From the NCBI GenBank assembly GCA_031369485.1, contig JANMOT010000043.1, forward strand, positions 1,595-65,594: 64,000 bases of DNA, read 5' to 3'. This DNA comes from Sphingobacteriia bacterium (GTDB lineage Bacteria > Bacteroidota > Bacteroidia > Chitinophagales > Chitinophagaceae). The notes beneath the pieces were generated by a model. The model had not been told where the DNA came from. It ran no database searches and was given only the letters and a program-made list of their open reading frames with translations. Both the position numbers and the translations under genes were made by a program. Positions 45,914-55,288 of this stretch are shown one piece after another (the first letter of the stretch is position 1; each line of letters begins with the position of its first letter).

Positions 45914-46030
45914 CGTTTACCCAATCCACCGCATAGAATACTGCTTATGTAAAAAAATCATACAAAGATTACAAGGTTGGTATTGTATACCGTTAGACTT
46001 GCATACCCTGCAACAACCATTTATTGCATA

Positions 46031-48427
46031 TTACTCCAATAATTTTACCATCCTTATCATCTTACCTTCTGAATTTATACCTTCTACTACCACTTGTAAT
46101 TTTTTAGATACATCGTTATTGTAAAACTCAATTTTATAACGAGGCGATTTTTTATTCGTCAGTATATACGGATTCCAATACAAAGTAGACCTTGAATCTA
46201 GGTCATAGCTTATACTCCCCTTTTCATATATAGGATTGTAAAATTCTTTAAATCTTGAATAACCGCCCAAAAAAGTACTCTCCATGCCTTTTACATTTTG
46301 GTTGCCCTTACTATTACCCTCCCCTCCTTTTTTGGTATAAATTACAATGGCACCTCCACCGCCGCCACCGCCACTTCCAAAAAAAGGAGGTCTAAAAACT
46401 TTCACATATGCTATATCATTAATTGGAAGCGATGAAACCATAGAAACATCAGATCGCATTTCATTCAAATACAAATCAGGTGCCTGACCCCTCCAATTTA
46501 AAGTTGCTGATGCTCCCATCCCATTAATTTGCAAGCCAGCAACCCTACCTTGTAAATAAGTTAATATATCCATGGCCGCTATGGCTCCATCGGTCAAATC
46601 AAAACTATAACCATCACCTCTCGAAAACAATCCACTGGCATAAGTCTCATCCAATATTTCAGTCTTACTCTTTGTTTTAGCTCTCACAATTACTTCAGAT
46701 AAAGTTGTAGAAGCAATCAACTTTCTGAGTCGCTCTTGCTCAGACAAAAAATAATTCAGTTTTACAATAGAGAGACTATCTACACCCGCCCATACTGATG
46801 GTAGTATAGGATAATTGTATTTTGCACTTGGCTCTTTTCTCAACAAACCATTGTCTACTTTTACTTGTGCGCCGCTGGTTAGTTTAGACTTACTATTGAA
46901 ATTATAATATACTTTAACTGTATCGTAAAAAAATAGTCCTGACTGTTCAAAACTTCCATCTGGATTTACACTAGCAAAAACCATATTTTTACTGCTGTCT
47001 TTTGCTGCTAAAATAAAATTCAGTTGCAGATCACCTGCATTCTTTGCTCCAAACACATTTCCCTTAAGCGATAAATAGCCTTGCTCTGGCATATACTTTA
47101 GTTGGGGACCAATACCTGCTCTTAATTTTTCCCAATTGAACTTACGCCAACCATTGGTCATCATCACCAAATCTAATCGACTGGTAATGCTATCGGCGTC
47201 ACTGGTAAAATAATAAGCAGGGTTGTGAATATATCCTCGCAATTCATTACTCAATAAAAAATCTGAAAGAATAGTATGTTGATCTTTTGAAACGATACTA
47301 GCATCGGTAATGGAAACTGACATATTGGTCATGGCTGTGTCTGCCACCACAATTTCCAAAGAATTTTTTGCTCTTTTATCAAGACTTGTATAAATAGGAT
47401 TCACTTTTGCGTTGAATTCGTGCAAGTGATTGTTTACAAAAACAATTCGCTCTGCAACTGGTATCCAATCGGCGGTGAACAAAGAAAACTGAACGATTCC
47501 AGTAGGAAGTTCATCAATTGGAATCTCCGCACGCTGGAAGGTTTTTTCAGCCATGTTAACCGACACTTTATACAATATTTGTTGATTCATATGAACCAAT
47601 AAATTCATCTGCTTAAAAGATTCATTCACTTCTGCCGATCGCTCAATCATTAGAAATGCTTTTTCATTATTGGTTCTCACCGTTAATACAGCTCCTATTT
47701 TCTCTACGCCAGGAATTGGTGTTGTTCCTTTTACCCCAAATTCATCCGTCCAGTTTACCTGATACTGCAAACCTGGTATGGGTTTTAATAATATTATACC
47801 CATACCATCATGTACAGTTTTCAAGCTGTCTATAATGGTATTTTTATTGTCTACTAAATATCCTTTTATTTTAACTGGTAGTCCCGATTTATTAATCGCT
47901 TTAAATGCAATTCTAGATGCGCTTCCCGCTACCAACTTACCTCCTTCTGGAAAAAGCACCAATTGGGTAGGATCCTGAACTTTTTTATTCATAAAGATCC
48001 CCCGATTAATCGGAATATTTCTTTGATAAATAAAGGCGTCTTCATCATTCAGCATCCATCGGGTAAACGCTTTTACATGAAGAAAAGAACCACTGTAGCT
48101 GGACGGTATTTCAAAACTGCCTTTTGCGGTGGATTGGAATAAAGGCGCAACGGTTTGCTTTATCAATGCTCCCGTAGAATCGTACCACTCAACATATAAA
48201 TTTTTACTGAGGGGGCTCAATTCATTCACCGCAAGTAGGTATACTTTATACCAAACCGTATCTCCAATATTATACCTAGATCGATCAAAATGAATATGTA
48301 TTTTCTCTTTGGGGAAACCCTCGGCATAAGCCGTTATCATTGAATCTATTTGCTGGGCTTTACCAAAGCGAGTAATCAAGCAAAATAAAATCAAGAAAAA
48401 AAAATGAAAAGAGGATTTCATCGGCAC
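46031..48427 (-). CDS. secreted MG2/macroglobulin-like repeat protein with C-terminal TonB-receptor Plug-like domain
   Basis: Signal peptide. KIHIHFDRSRYNIGDTVWYKVYLL (MG2-like). C-terminal LQGRVAGLQING...VKVFRPPFFGSGGGGGGGAIVIYTKKG resembles a Plug domain. No beta-barrel follows. Confidence 0.55.
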   Translation of the reverse strand: MPMKSSFHFFFLILFCLITRFGKAQQIDSMITAYAEGFPKEKIHIHFDRSRYNIGDTVWYKVYLLAVNELSPLSKNLYVEWYDSTGALIKQTVAPLFQSTAKGSFEIPSSYSGSFLHVKAFTRWMLNDEDAFIYQRNIPINRGIFMNKKVQDPTQLVLFPEGGKLVAGSASRIAFKAINKSGLPVKIKGYLVDNKNTIIDSLKTVHDGMGIILLKPIPGLQYQVNWTDEFGVKGTTPIPGVEKIGAVLTVRTNNEKAFLMIERSAEVNESFKQMNLLVHMNQQILYKVSVNMAEKTFQRAEIPIDELPTGIVQFSLFTADWIPVAERIVFVNNHLHEFNAKVNPIYTSLDKRAKNSLEIVVADTAMTNMSVSITDASIVSKDQHTILSDFLLSNELRGYIHNPAYYFTSDADSITSRLDLVMMTNGWRKFNWEKLRAGIGPQLKYMPEQGYLSLKGNVFGAKNAGDLQLNFILAAKDSSKNMVFASVNPDGSFEQSGLFFYDTVKVYYNFNSKSKLTSGAQVKVDNGLLRKEPSAKYNYPILPSVWAGVDSLSIVKLNYFLSEQERLRKLIASTTLSEVIVRAKTKSKTEILDETYASGLFSRGDGYSFDLTDGAIAAMDILTYLQGRVAGLQINGMGASATLNWRGQAPDLYLNEMRSDVSMVSSLPINDIAYVKVFRPPFFGSGGGGGGGAIVIYTKKGGEGNSKGNQNVKGMESTFLGGYSRFKEFYNPIYEKGSISYDLDSRSTLYWNPYILTNKKSPRYKIEFYNNDVSKKLQVVVEGINSEGKMIRMVKLLE

Positions 48428-48565
48428 TTATAATTTGGCTGTAAGATACCTTCAATCAGTCAACCAAAAAAGTCCCTATTCAAACTCATTGTAAAAAATT
48501 TATAAAAAACAAATGTTTAACGGGTCAAATAACCTTGCATGCATGAACTGCCGTAATTTTAACCC

Positions 48566-49039
48566 ATGAGAATGCTGTTTATTTCTGTTGGCAAAGCACA
48601 TGAAAGCTATATTAAAGAAGGGTTGGCCGATTTTACCCAGCGCATAAATAAGTATTATAAAGTAGATTGGCAAATAATTCCACCTCCCAAGAACGCTGCA
48701 AATATGGCGGCTCTCGACTTAAAAAAGGCAGAAGCAGAAAGCATTTTAGGGGTGATACAAAAAGACGATTTTCTGGTATTGCTAGATGAGCGCGGGAAAC
48801 AGCTGAGTTCACCTCAACTGGCTGATTTTTTACAGAAAAGAGCAAATGATAGTACCAAACAAATTGTATTTCTGATTGGAGGCGCATTTGGGGTGAATTT
48901 GAGTATTGTTGAGCGAGCCAATATGAGTTGGAGTTTATCCGATCTGGTTTTTCCTCATATGCTGGTTCGGCTTATTTTGGCAGAACAGATTTACAGGGCT
49001 TGTACTATATTACGAAACGAAAAATACCACCACCAATGA
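48566..49039 (+). CDS. rlmH: 23S rRNA (pseudouridine1915-N3)-methyltransferase RlmH
   Basis: SPOUT-type sequence: ISVGK start, LDERGKQLSS, IGGAFG, and a HQ terminus. Confidence 0.9.
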   Translation: MRMLFISVGKAHESYIKEGLADFTQRINKYYKVDWQIIPPPKNAANMAALDLKKAEAESILGVIQKDDFLVLLDERGKQLSSPQLADFLQKRANDSTKQIVFLIGGAFGVNLSIVERANMSWSLSDLVFPHMLVRLILAEQIYRACTILRNEKYHHQ

Positions 49040-49674
49040 TAACCATAACCCTCTGCATCATCATCCTCACTTGTGTTATTTCTTTCACTGCTTTCTCAAA
49101 TCAAAAAGTGATGGAAGACCTTATTTTTTATCCCCCTGCAATTACCAATAGAAATCAGTGGTACCGATTTTTTAGTTGCGGCCTTATTCATGCTGATATC
49201 ATGCACCTTGTTTTTAATATGTACTCTTTTTACCTTTTCGGTGATATGGTAGAACGTGCATTTATACAGCTTTTTGGCGATAAAGGTAAAATTTTATACA
49301 TCTTACTTTATGGGCTGGCATTGGCTATAAGCCTATTCCCCACTTACTTTGCACACCAGAACGATTATCATTATAGAAGTCTAGGAGCTTCGGGGGCAGT
49401 ATCGGCTATTATTTTTGCAGGTATTTTTCTTTTTCCAACCTTAGGGATGGGAATTTTTCCGATTCCGTTTCATATTCCAGGATTTATTTTCGGCCCACTT
49501 TACCTGATACTATCTGCCTATCTTGCCAAAAAAGGTCAAGGCAATATCAACCATTCTGCCCATATTTGGGGAGCTGTATTTGGGATTGTATTTGTAATAA
49601 TCACAACAGCTTTTCTTAGCAAATTTAACGCATTGGCAAGTTTTATAAATGAAATTTTGGGCTATCTGCGATAA
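49036..49674 (+). CDS. rhomboid family intramembrane serine protease
   Basis: The ATG at 49036 overlaps the rlmH stop (ATGA). Six TM segments. Motifs HADIMHLVFNM, GASGAVSAI (catalytic Ser) and HIWGAVFG (catalytic His). Confidence 0.8.
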   Translation: MITITLCIIILTCVISFTAFSNQKVMEDLIFYPPAITNRNQWYRFFSCGLIHADIMHLVFNMYSFYLFGDMVERAFIQLFGDKGKILYILLYGLALAISLFPTYFAHQNDYHYRSLGASGAVSAIIFAGIFLFPTLGMGIFPIPFHIPGFIFGPLYLILSAYLAKKGQGNINHSAHIWGAVFGIVFVIITTAFLSKFNALASFINEILGYLR

Positions 49675-51005
49675 CTTATTTCAAGCATGGGCTGATGGGG
49701 TGATGTATATTTAAATCTATTGTCAATTCTATGTCCCAACAAAGCAATAATTTTTTTATCCATTTCCAATACCCATACTTTTTCTTTATCAATTTTACTC
49801 AACTTAGCATCAATCAGAAACTTAGAGACTTTTTTCTTCTTGGTCATCCCTAGAGGATAAAAATAATCGCCCGCCTTCCATTTACGCAATATTAAAGGGA
49901 ACTGAATTTTAGAGAATTCTACATACTCACAAAAAAATGTAGATAAAGGTTCAGCCGATGCTTTTGGTACTAATTCAAGTACTCCATCTTCAAATACAGT
50001 AGTACCAATAGATTCTATAAGTATATGCGTGGCTTCTGTTGTTTGCAAGGGCGCAATAATCATCCACAAGCGGTTCTTAATAATGCGGTGCGTAGCAGAC
50101 ACCATACTACTTCCATTAGCAGAATCCAGTAGTTTAATCACTTCATTGGTTTGAGCAGCACTGAATCCGAAAGTCTTTATAATCTCCCAACTAATGGTGT
50201 GAAGCGGGATGTTTTTTTTCCATTTTAAAACTGGAATATGAAATTCGTTTGCTTTTGGTTCTACCAATTTTTTTATATGTATTGCCACAGCTTGATGGTA
50301 TAAATCTGCCACTTCCTTAAAGCGATAAATATTGTGCGTAATATTTTCTTTCACCTTCGGAAACACTTGTTGCAATTGAGGAATCAGCTCATTTCTAAAA
50401 TAATTACGGGTATAATCGCTTTTAAGATTTGAGGAATCGGTAACATAATCAATACCCTGCTCTAAAGCATACGCTTCTATTATTTCTCTTGAGAAAGGAA
50501 GCAGTGGTCGAAGAATTTTTTTATCAGCATAAAATGCAGGTATCCCTTTCAATCCATCAATGCCAGTACCTCTAAAAAAGTGCATCATCACGGTTTCTAT
50601 ATTATCATTTGCATGGTGAGCAGTGGCTATAAAACGGTTGGAAGAAACTTCGTTGTCATTTATAAGTTCTTCAAACCAATTATACCGAATTATTCTTGCC
50701 GCCTCCTGAATAGATAATTTATGGTGACTGGAATAATATTGAGTGTCCATTTTTTTTATAACCACCTTTATCTGAAGTTGAGCGGCTAAGGATTGTACAA
50801 AAGCTTCATCTCGATCGCTCTCCGCTGCTCGCAATTGAAAGTTTACATGCGCCAATACAATGGGAATATTTAATTCATGCAGCAAATGAATAAGCACGGT
50901 ACTATCTGCGCCTCCACTTGCTGCAACAATAATGGTATAATCGGTTGATATGATTGGTGCAAATACTTGCTGCCAGTGTGTTTTAAACGGTCCCTTCAAA
51001 TTCAT
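49662..51005 (-). CDS. tilS: tRNA(Ile)-lysidine synthase
   Basis: PP-loop VAASGGADSTVL. 447 aa. Convergent 13-nt overlap with the rhomboid gene. Confidence 0.9.
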   Translation of the reverse strand: MNLKGPFKTHWQQVFAPIISTDYTIIVAASGGADSTVLIHLLHELNIPIVLAHVNFQLRAAESDRDEAFVQSLAAQLQIKVVIKKMDTQYYSSHHKLSIQEAARIIRYNWFEELINDNEVSSNRFIATAHHANDNIETVMMHFFRGTGIDGLKGIPAFYADKKILRPLLPFSREIIEAYALEQGIDYVTDSSNLKSDYTRNYFRNELIPQLQQVFPKVKENITHNIYRFKEVADLYHQAVAIHIKKLVEPKANEFHIPVLKWKKNIPLHTISWEIIKTFGFSAAQTNEVIKLLDSANGSSMVSATHRIIKNRLWMIIAPLQTTEATHILIESIGTTVFEDGVLELVPKASAEPLSTFFCEYVEFSKIQFPLILRKWKAGDYFYPLGMTKKKKVSKFLIDAKLSKIDKEKVWVLEMDKKIIALLGHRIDNRFKYTSPHQPMLEISYRR

Positions 51006-51034
51006 ATAGCAAAGATAACTAAACTCAGATAAGC

Positions 51035-51385
51035 TTATTTTGCCCTGAATACAAAAGAAGCGCTAAGCGCAGCAAGACCACTTACCAGTCCTCCCACAAT
51101 TCCCGTTACTAAAACTAAAAGCATATAAGACCCTCCCAAGGGTAGAATCTGAGCCACTTTGGTTGAAAGTAAATGTTGATTGGCAATATCTTTATACAAA
51201 GCCAATCCAATCCACAATACCAATAACCCAGCAAAACCGCCTAGAAAGGATTTACTAGGTGATTGCTGAATGGCCAAAGCCACAACAAAAGAGCTGATTA
51301 CAAAACACCACCAAGGCAATTGCGTAAATAATCCAAACACAAAGGCAAGTAATGCAGTAAGTATAATTGAGGCAACTAATTTCAT
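51035..51385 (-). CDS. small integral membrane protein, function unknown
   Basis: 116 aa with four hydrophobic segments. Co-directional and tightly spaced between the acylase gene and tilS. Confidence 0.5.
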   Translation of the reverse strand: MKLVASIILTALLAFVFGLFTQLPWWCFVISSFVVALAIQQSPSKSFLGGFAGLLVLWIGLALYKDIANQHLLSTKVAQILPLGGSYMLLVLVTGIVGGLVSGLAALSASFVFRAK

Positions 51386-51404
51386 AATGATAGTTTTATA
51401 AGTG

Positions 51405-53873
51405 CTAAGCTTTGGTAAATGAGATCAACCATTTTACCCTTTTATTGGTTGGCGCGTCTTTCAGGTTCATGAATAGTAAACGGTAATATTTTCCTTCGGC
51501 CCAGCTATTCACAAAATCATCATAATATTTTGAACCTGGATTACCGCTTTGTCCCCCTGGATATACCCCATAAGCTTCTATTTCGTCTGTTAAGTGCACT
51601 ACCATTCTCCAACTAGGCCCATGCGTTTGTGTTGTGGCATTTATAGCATGTTCACTGCCGCCAATGGGTAAATGCAACCTACTCAATTGAGGTATTTTTA
51701 GCAGGTGCGATACTTTGGTATCTTTAAAATTGCCCCAACTTAGTTTAGATGCTTGTTCGGCCTTTAATAATACTGGCGTAGCTTTTCTAATGGCTGCTAG
51801 CACTGCATCGGCAAGGGTTTCTTTTTGATTTTTAGTGCTGATATTATCTGCAAAAATATAGTTGCTGTCTCTTTGCATACTTTCTAAAAGGGTAATTTCA
51901 TCTGGCCATCCAATCGGCAGTTTTGAACCAGCAAATTCATCACCCCAAACCACGGTTTCAAGGCTGTCCCACACTTCATTAAAAACAGTAGCTCCTTTTT
52001 CGTCTATATCATTAATAAGATTCCAGTTTTTCATTAAGTCTATATATTTCTTTTCATCTGGATTCAGCTTTGATTCAACCAAATATTTCAATAGTATTGG
52101 CCTTGCCATTTCTGCAAAAACATTGTAATTATCCATTTGCAAACGCTGCATATCAATAGGCTTAATCTGTTGCATAGCTGCCAGTTTACGATTAATGATT
52201 AGTCCTCTATATACAGGAAAATTGCTGGCTGCCCCCAAATAATATGGATAGGTTTCATCGGTAGCTTTTTGATTGGCACTGCTCACAAATCCTCTTGCTG
52301 GATTTTTTATCATGGGGTTTTCTTCTGTCGGAATATAACCCTGCCAAGCATAACTACTGTCCATTCCAGGTAAAATAAAATCGCCCTGCTGTTTCCATCG
52401 AGCCACAAAACTAGATTGTTGTTTAATAGCAATATCTCCTGATTTAGAGGCAAAGGCAAAGTTCTGTCCCGGTGATTTCCAAAGTGAAATAGCATTCAGG
52501 TAATCGTTGTAATTATTGGCGTGATTTAACTGGTAAATAGTAGGGAAGCTACTGCTCGGATCGTGAGCCGTCCACTTCAACGCCAATATTTTACCCGCCG
52601 TACTATTGTTTTTATAGTGATGATCGTACATAACGGGCCCAAAAACGGTGAGTGCAATATGCTCTACCTGATCTTGCTTGCCTTTTACTTTAATTCGTTC
52701 AACCCTTTGCGCTGCCTTCACCCATGCCCCATTGTACCAATATTCTTGCAGGGTAGTATCTCTAAACTTCATATCATAAAAGTCCAGCACGTCTCTACCT
52801 GCATTGGTTACACCCCAAGCAATACTATCATTAAACCCAATTACTACTGCAGGAGAACCTGGGAAGCTGGCGCCATAAGTTTGATGGGTAGGCGTTGAAA
52901 TCTGCACTTCATACCAAAGCGATGGAAGATTTAAACCTAAATGAGGGTCATTGCAAAGAATGGGGCGACCAGAAGCGGTTTTACTACCAGCAACTGCCCA
53001 GTTATTGCTGCCATTGCTTTTGTCGGGCACAATTGGGGGTATTGTGGTGCTTTCAGGACCTGATTTTTTAAGGTATGTTGAATCAATATCTAATGGAGTT
53101 TTTGGTATTGTAGAAGCGGTTGTAAAAGCAGTGCCACGAGGTATAATGGGATCCAATGAATCTTGCACATTGGTGTATAATTTATCAAAATCATCGTACC
53201 CGAAATAGTTTCTTGCATTGGTCATTTGCAAGTCGGTTGCCACTCCCCTGCCTGTTAAATCAAAAGCCATAAACATTTGAAATAAATAGGTTTTATGCGC
53301 AGTCCAGGCTTCGGGTTTATAATCGAGTAATTTGTATTCGAAAGGAATTTCTTCTGGCTTAAGTGATTTAATATAAGCGTTCACGCCTTTTGCATATGCA
53401 TCAATTGCGGTTTTCATTGCTGGATGATTGGCAGCAACAAATGCTTCTGAACGCTCAGCGCCATATACCATGCCCAGTCGCCTAAAATATTGGTCGGTGC
53501 TTACTCTATCTTCTCCAACAATTTCACTTAACCTACCCCCTGCTACATGGGTTTGAAATTCCATCTGCCATAACCGAAATTTCGCGTGCAGGTATCCTTG
53601 AACATAATATGCATCGTTGTCATCATCGGCATAAATATGAGGCACAAGCCGATCATCAATATATACTTCAACTTTACCCTCCAAACCCTCCAATTTTATA
53701 TCATCATTATAGTTTTGGTTTACTGACTCTGCATTTTGCCAAAAACCATGTTGAGGAGAAAGAAAATAACCGAGACGGGGTGTTTTACCAGTCCCTATTT
53801 TATGCTGGCTGTTTAACACAATTACCAATCCTACGGTACAAATGGCTGAAAGCATGAATGGAACAATTCTCAT
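51405..53873 (-). CDS. penicillin acylase family Ntn-hydrolase (possible acyl-homoserine-lactone/beta-lactam acylase)
   Basis: 822 aa. Autoprocessing-site pattern GSNNWAVAGSKTASGRPILCNDPHL with the nucleophile Ser. Confidence 0.85.
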   Translation of the reverse strand: MRIVPFMLSAICTVGLVIVLNSQHKIGTGKTPRLGYFLSPQHGFWQNAESVNQNYNDDIKLEGLEGKVEVYIDDRLVPHIYADDDNDAYYVQGYLHAKFRLWQMEFQTHVAGGRLSEIVGEDRVSTDQYFRRLGMVYGAERSEAFVAANHPAMKTAIDAYAKGVNAYIKSLKPEEIPFEYKLLDYKPEAWTAHKTYLFQMFMAFDLTGRGVATDLQMTNARNYFGYDDFDKLYTNVQDSLDPIIPRGTAFTTASTIPKTPLDIDSTYLKKSGPESTTIPPIVPDKSNGSNNWAVAGSKTASGRPILCNDPHLGLNLPSLWYEVQISTPTHQTYGASFPGSPAVVIGFNDSIAWGVTNAGRDVLDFYDMKFRDTTLQEYWYNGAWVKAAQRVERIKVKGKQDQVEHIALTVFGPVMYDHHYKNNSTAGKILALKWTAHDPSSSFPTIYQLNHANNYNDYLNAISLWKSPGQNFAFASKSGDIAIKQQSSFVARWKQQGDFILPGMDSSYAWQGYIPTEENPMIKNPARGFVSSANQKATDETYPYYLGAASNFPVYRGLIINRKLAAMQQIKPIDMQRLQMDNYNVFAEMARPILLKYLVESKLNPDEKKYIDLMKNWNLINDIDEKGATVFNEVWDSLETVVWGDEFAGSKLPIGWPDEITLLESMQRDSNYIFADNISTKNQKETLADAVLAAIRKATPVLLKAEQASKLSWGNFKDTKVSHLLKIPQLSRLHLPIGGSEHAINATTQTHGPSWRMVVHLTDEIEAYGVYPGGQSGNPGSKYYDDFVNSWAEGKYYRLLFMNLKDAPTNKRVKWLISFTKA

Positions 53874-53937
53874 AGCAGGTATTTAATAAATGAAAATACG
53901 CTTTTAAGTTTATAAAAAGAAGTGAAGTGAATGCTGC

Positions 53938-55269
53938 TTATTTTAATTCTGCGGCTGCAACTGTACTTATCTCTTTGTCTGCTACTTGTTTTTTAATCAG
54001 TTCTGCCGCCTCAAAAAAAGGCTTTATTTTAAGTGCTTGGTTAGCATCTCTCCAAGCAAGCGCAGTTCCTAAAGGCTGGTTCACGAGTAAGAATACTTTA
54101 GCGCGCAATACCAACAGGTCAATATTTTTAGGCTCAAGCCGGAGTGCATTATTCGCCCATTCCAATGCTGTTATTAAATCTTTCTGTTGATTTATTTTCT
54201 CTTCTATTAATAATTTATATTCAGCAACAGAACGGTGCCGTTTAGGAAGTTCAAACTGATGTTGGTATTGACTATCGTAAGCACGATCAGATACAGATAT
54301 TTGTTTTCTGGAGGCAATTGCACTATCCATTTTTTGCTGTTGTTCAGTATCCACACCATGCTGTTTTACAAGATCTTGATAAAACACAATTGTTTCATCA
54401 TAATAGGCAGGTATCTGTGTAAGCATAGCATGAAGTTGAACCACCATCAAATCTTTGTTATTTGGGTAGCATTTTAATCCATTCTGCGCCTCAATAAATG
54501 CATCAAAATAATCGGCTTTTTTGAATTGTTTTTTTGCAGCTTCTAGTTTTTGATGCAAAGGCAGCTTACAGTTATTCTTATAAATTCGGTCGTATGTAAT
54601 ATAATACCAATGGTTGCGGAGTTCAGGCTTTAGGCGAACAGCCTCTTTAAAGTCGAGCTTGGCTTCCTTTAAAATATTGAGTTCTGTAAAGCAGACACCC
54701 CTATTAAAATAGGCATCGGCTTCATCCTTTCCCTCTTCAATTACAAAACTCATATCCTCTACACAGGCTTTGTATTCCTTAGCCATTTTTGCAGCGACTC
54801 CTCTTTCATACCGAAGTTCTTTTTTATAAATTTCTGAAGGCTGTGCCTTGAAAAATTCATTAAAAGATTCAAAGGACTCTTTGCCCAACCCTGCTTTTAT
54901 TTCCAATCGCGCCAAATAGTAATAAAGCTGTGGATCATTATAGCCAACCAGTTGGGCTTGATCAAAATCAAAAACAGCTCTTTCGTAGAGACCTATATTT
55001 TCGAATCCACGGGCACGGATATAGAGTGCCTTCCCATTATTGGGCTCATATAGAAGAATCTGATTAAGGTTGGCAATAGATGCCGCATAATCATTTTGAT
55101 CCATAGCATTGTTCAGATCCTGTTTATATTTTCTCAGGTATTGCTGTACAAGGGTATAAATAGATTTCTCTTTTTCCAACTCATTCTGGGGTGAAGACTG
55201 AGCAGTGGCAATAACAGCAATACAAGAAAAACAGACCATCTGTAGTAAGATATATCTTAGTTTATTCAT
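53938..55269 (-). CDS. TPR repeat protein (secreted)
   Basis: Signal peptide and multiple TPR-like repeats (ALYIRARGFENIGLYERAVFDFDQA and similar). Confidence 0.7.
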   Translation of the reverse strand: MNKLRYILLQMVCFSCIAVIATAQSSPQNELEKEKSIYTLVQQYLRKYKQDLNNAMDQNDYAASIANLNQILLYEPNNGKALYIRARGFENIGLYERAVFDFDQAQLVGYNDPQLYYYLARLEIKAGLGKESFESFNEFFKAQPSEIYKKELRYERGVAAKMAKEYKACVEDMSFVIEEGKDEADAYFNRGVCFTELNILKEAKLDFKEAVRLKPELRNHWYYITYDRIYKNNCKLPLHQKLEAAKKQFKKADYFDAFIEAQNGLKCYPNNKDLMVVQLHAMLTQIPAYYDETIVFYQDLVKQHGVDTEQQQKMDSAIASRKQISVSDRAYDSQYQHQFELPKRHRSVAEYKLLIEEKINQQKDLITALEWANNALRLEPKNIDLLVLRAKVFLLVNQPLGTALAWRDANQALKIKPFFEAAELIKKQVADKEISTVAAAELK

Positions 55270-55288
55270 GTTAATCTAAAGCAATATA

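Larger units (their letters stand above)
42090..46030. mobile_element. degenerate tRNA-Arg-adjacent genomic island (mosaic remnant, no intact recombinase)
   Basis: Starts immediately 3' of the tRNA. Contains a truncated serine-recombinase gene, nuclease-like genes, a 580-bp ORF-free stretch and a kinase/DUF3037 pair. Looks AT-richer than the flanks by eye. The right boundary is not defined by a convincing repeat. Confidence 0.45.

Noticed and set aside
45923-45933. A possible attR: AATCCACCGCA resembles the tRNA 3' segment AATCCTAACGC(G/A).
   Set aside because: Only about 9-11 matching positions with a gap. This is too weak to distinguish from chance without a proper alignment or comparison to an island-free genome.
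46352-46372. A GC-rich (GGN)7 tract, considered as a slipped-strand phase-variation repeat.
   Set aside because: The codons are heterogeneous (ggc ggt ggc ggc ggt gga ggt), so there is no homopolymer or perfect tandem unit. It encodes an in-frame glycine linker.
51010-51017. A minus-strand TATCTTTG match to the TAnnTTTG -7 consensus upstream of tilS.
   Set aside because: It sits only 4 nt from the tilS ATG, so a transcript from it could not include the start codon. It is probably a chance match.
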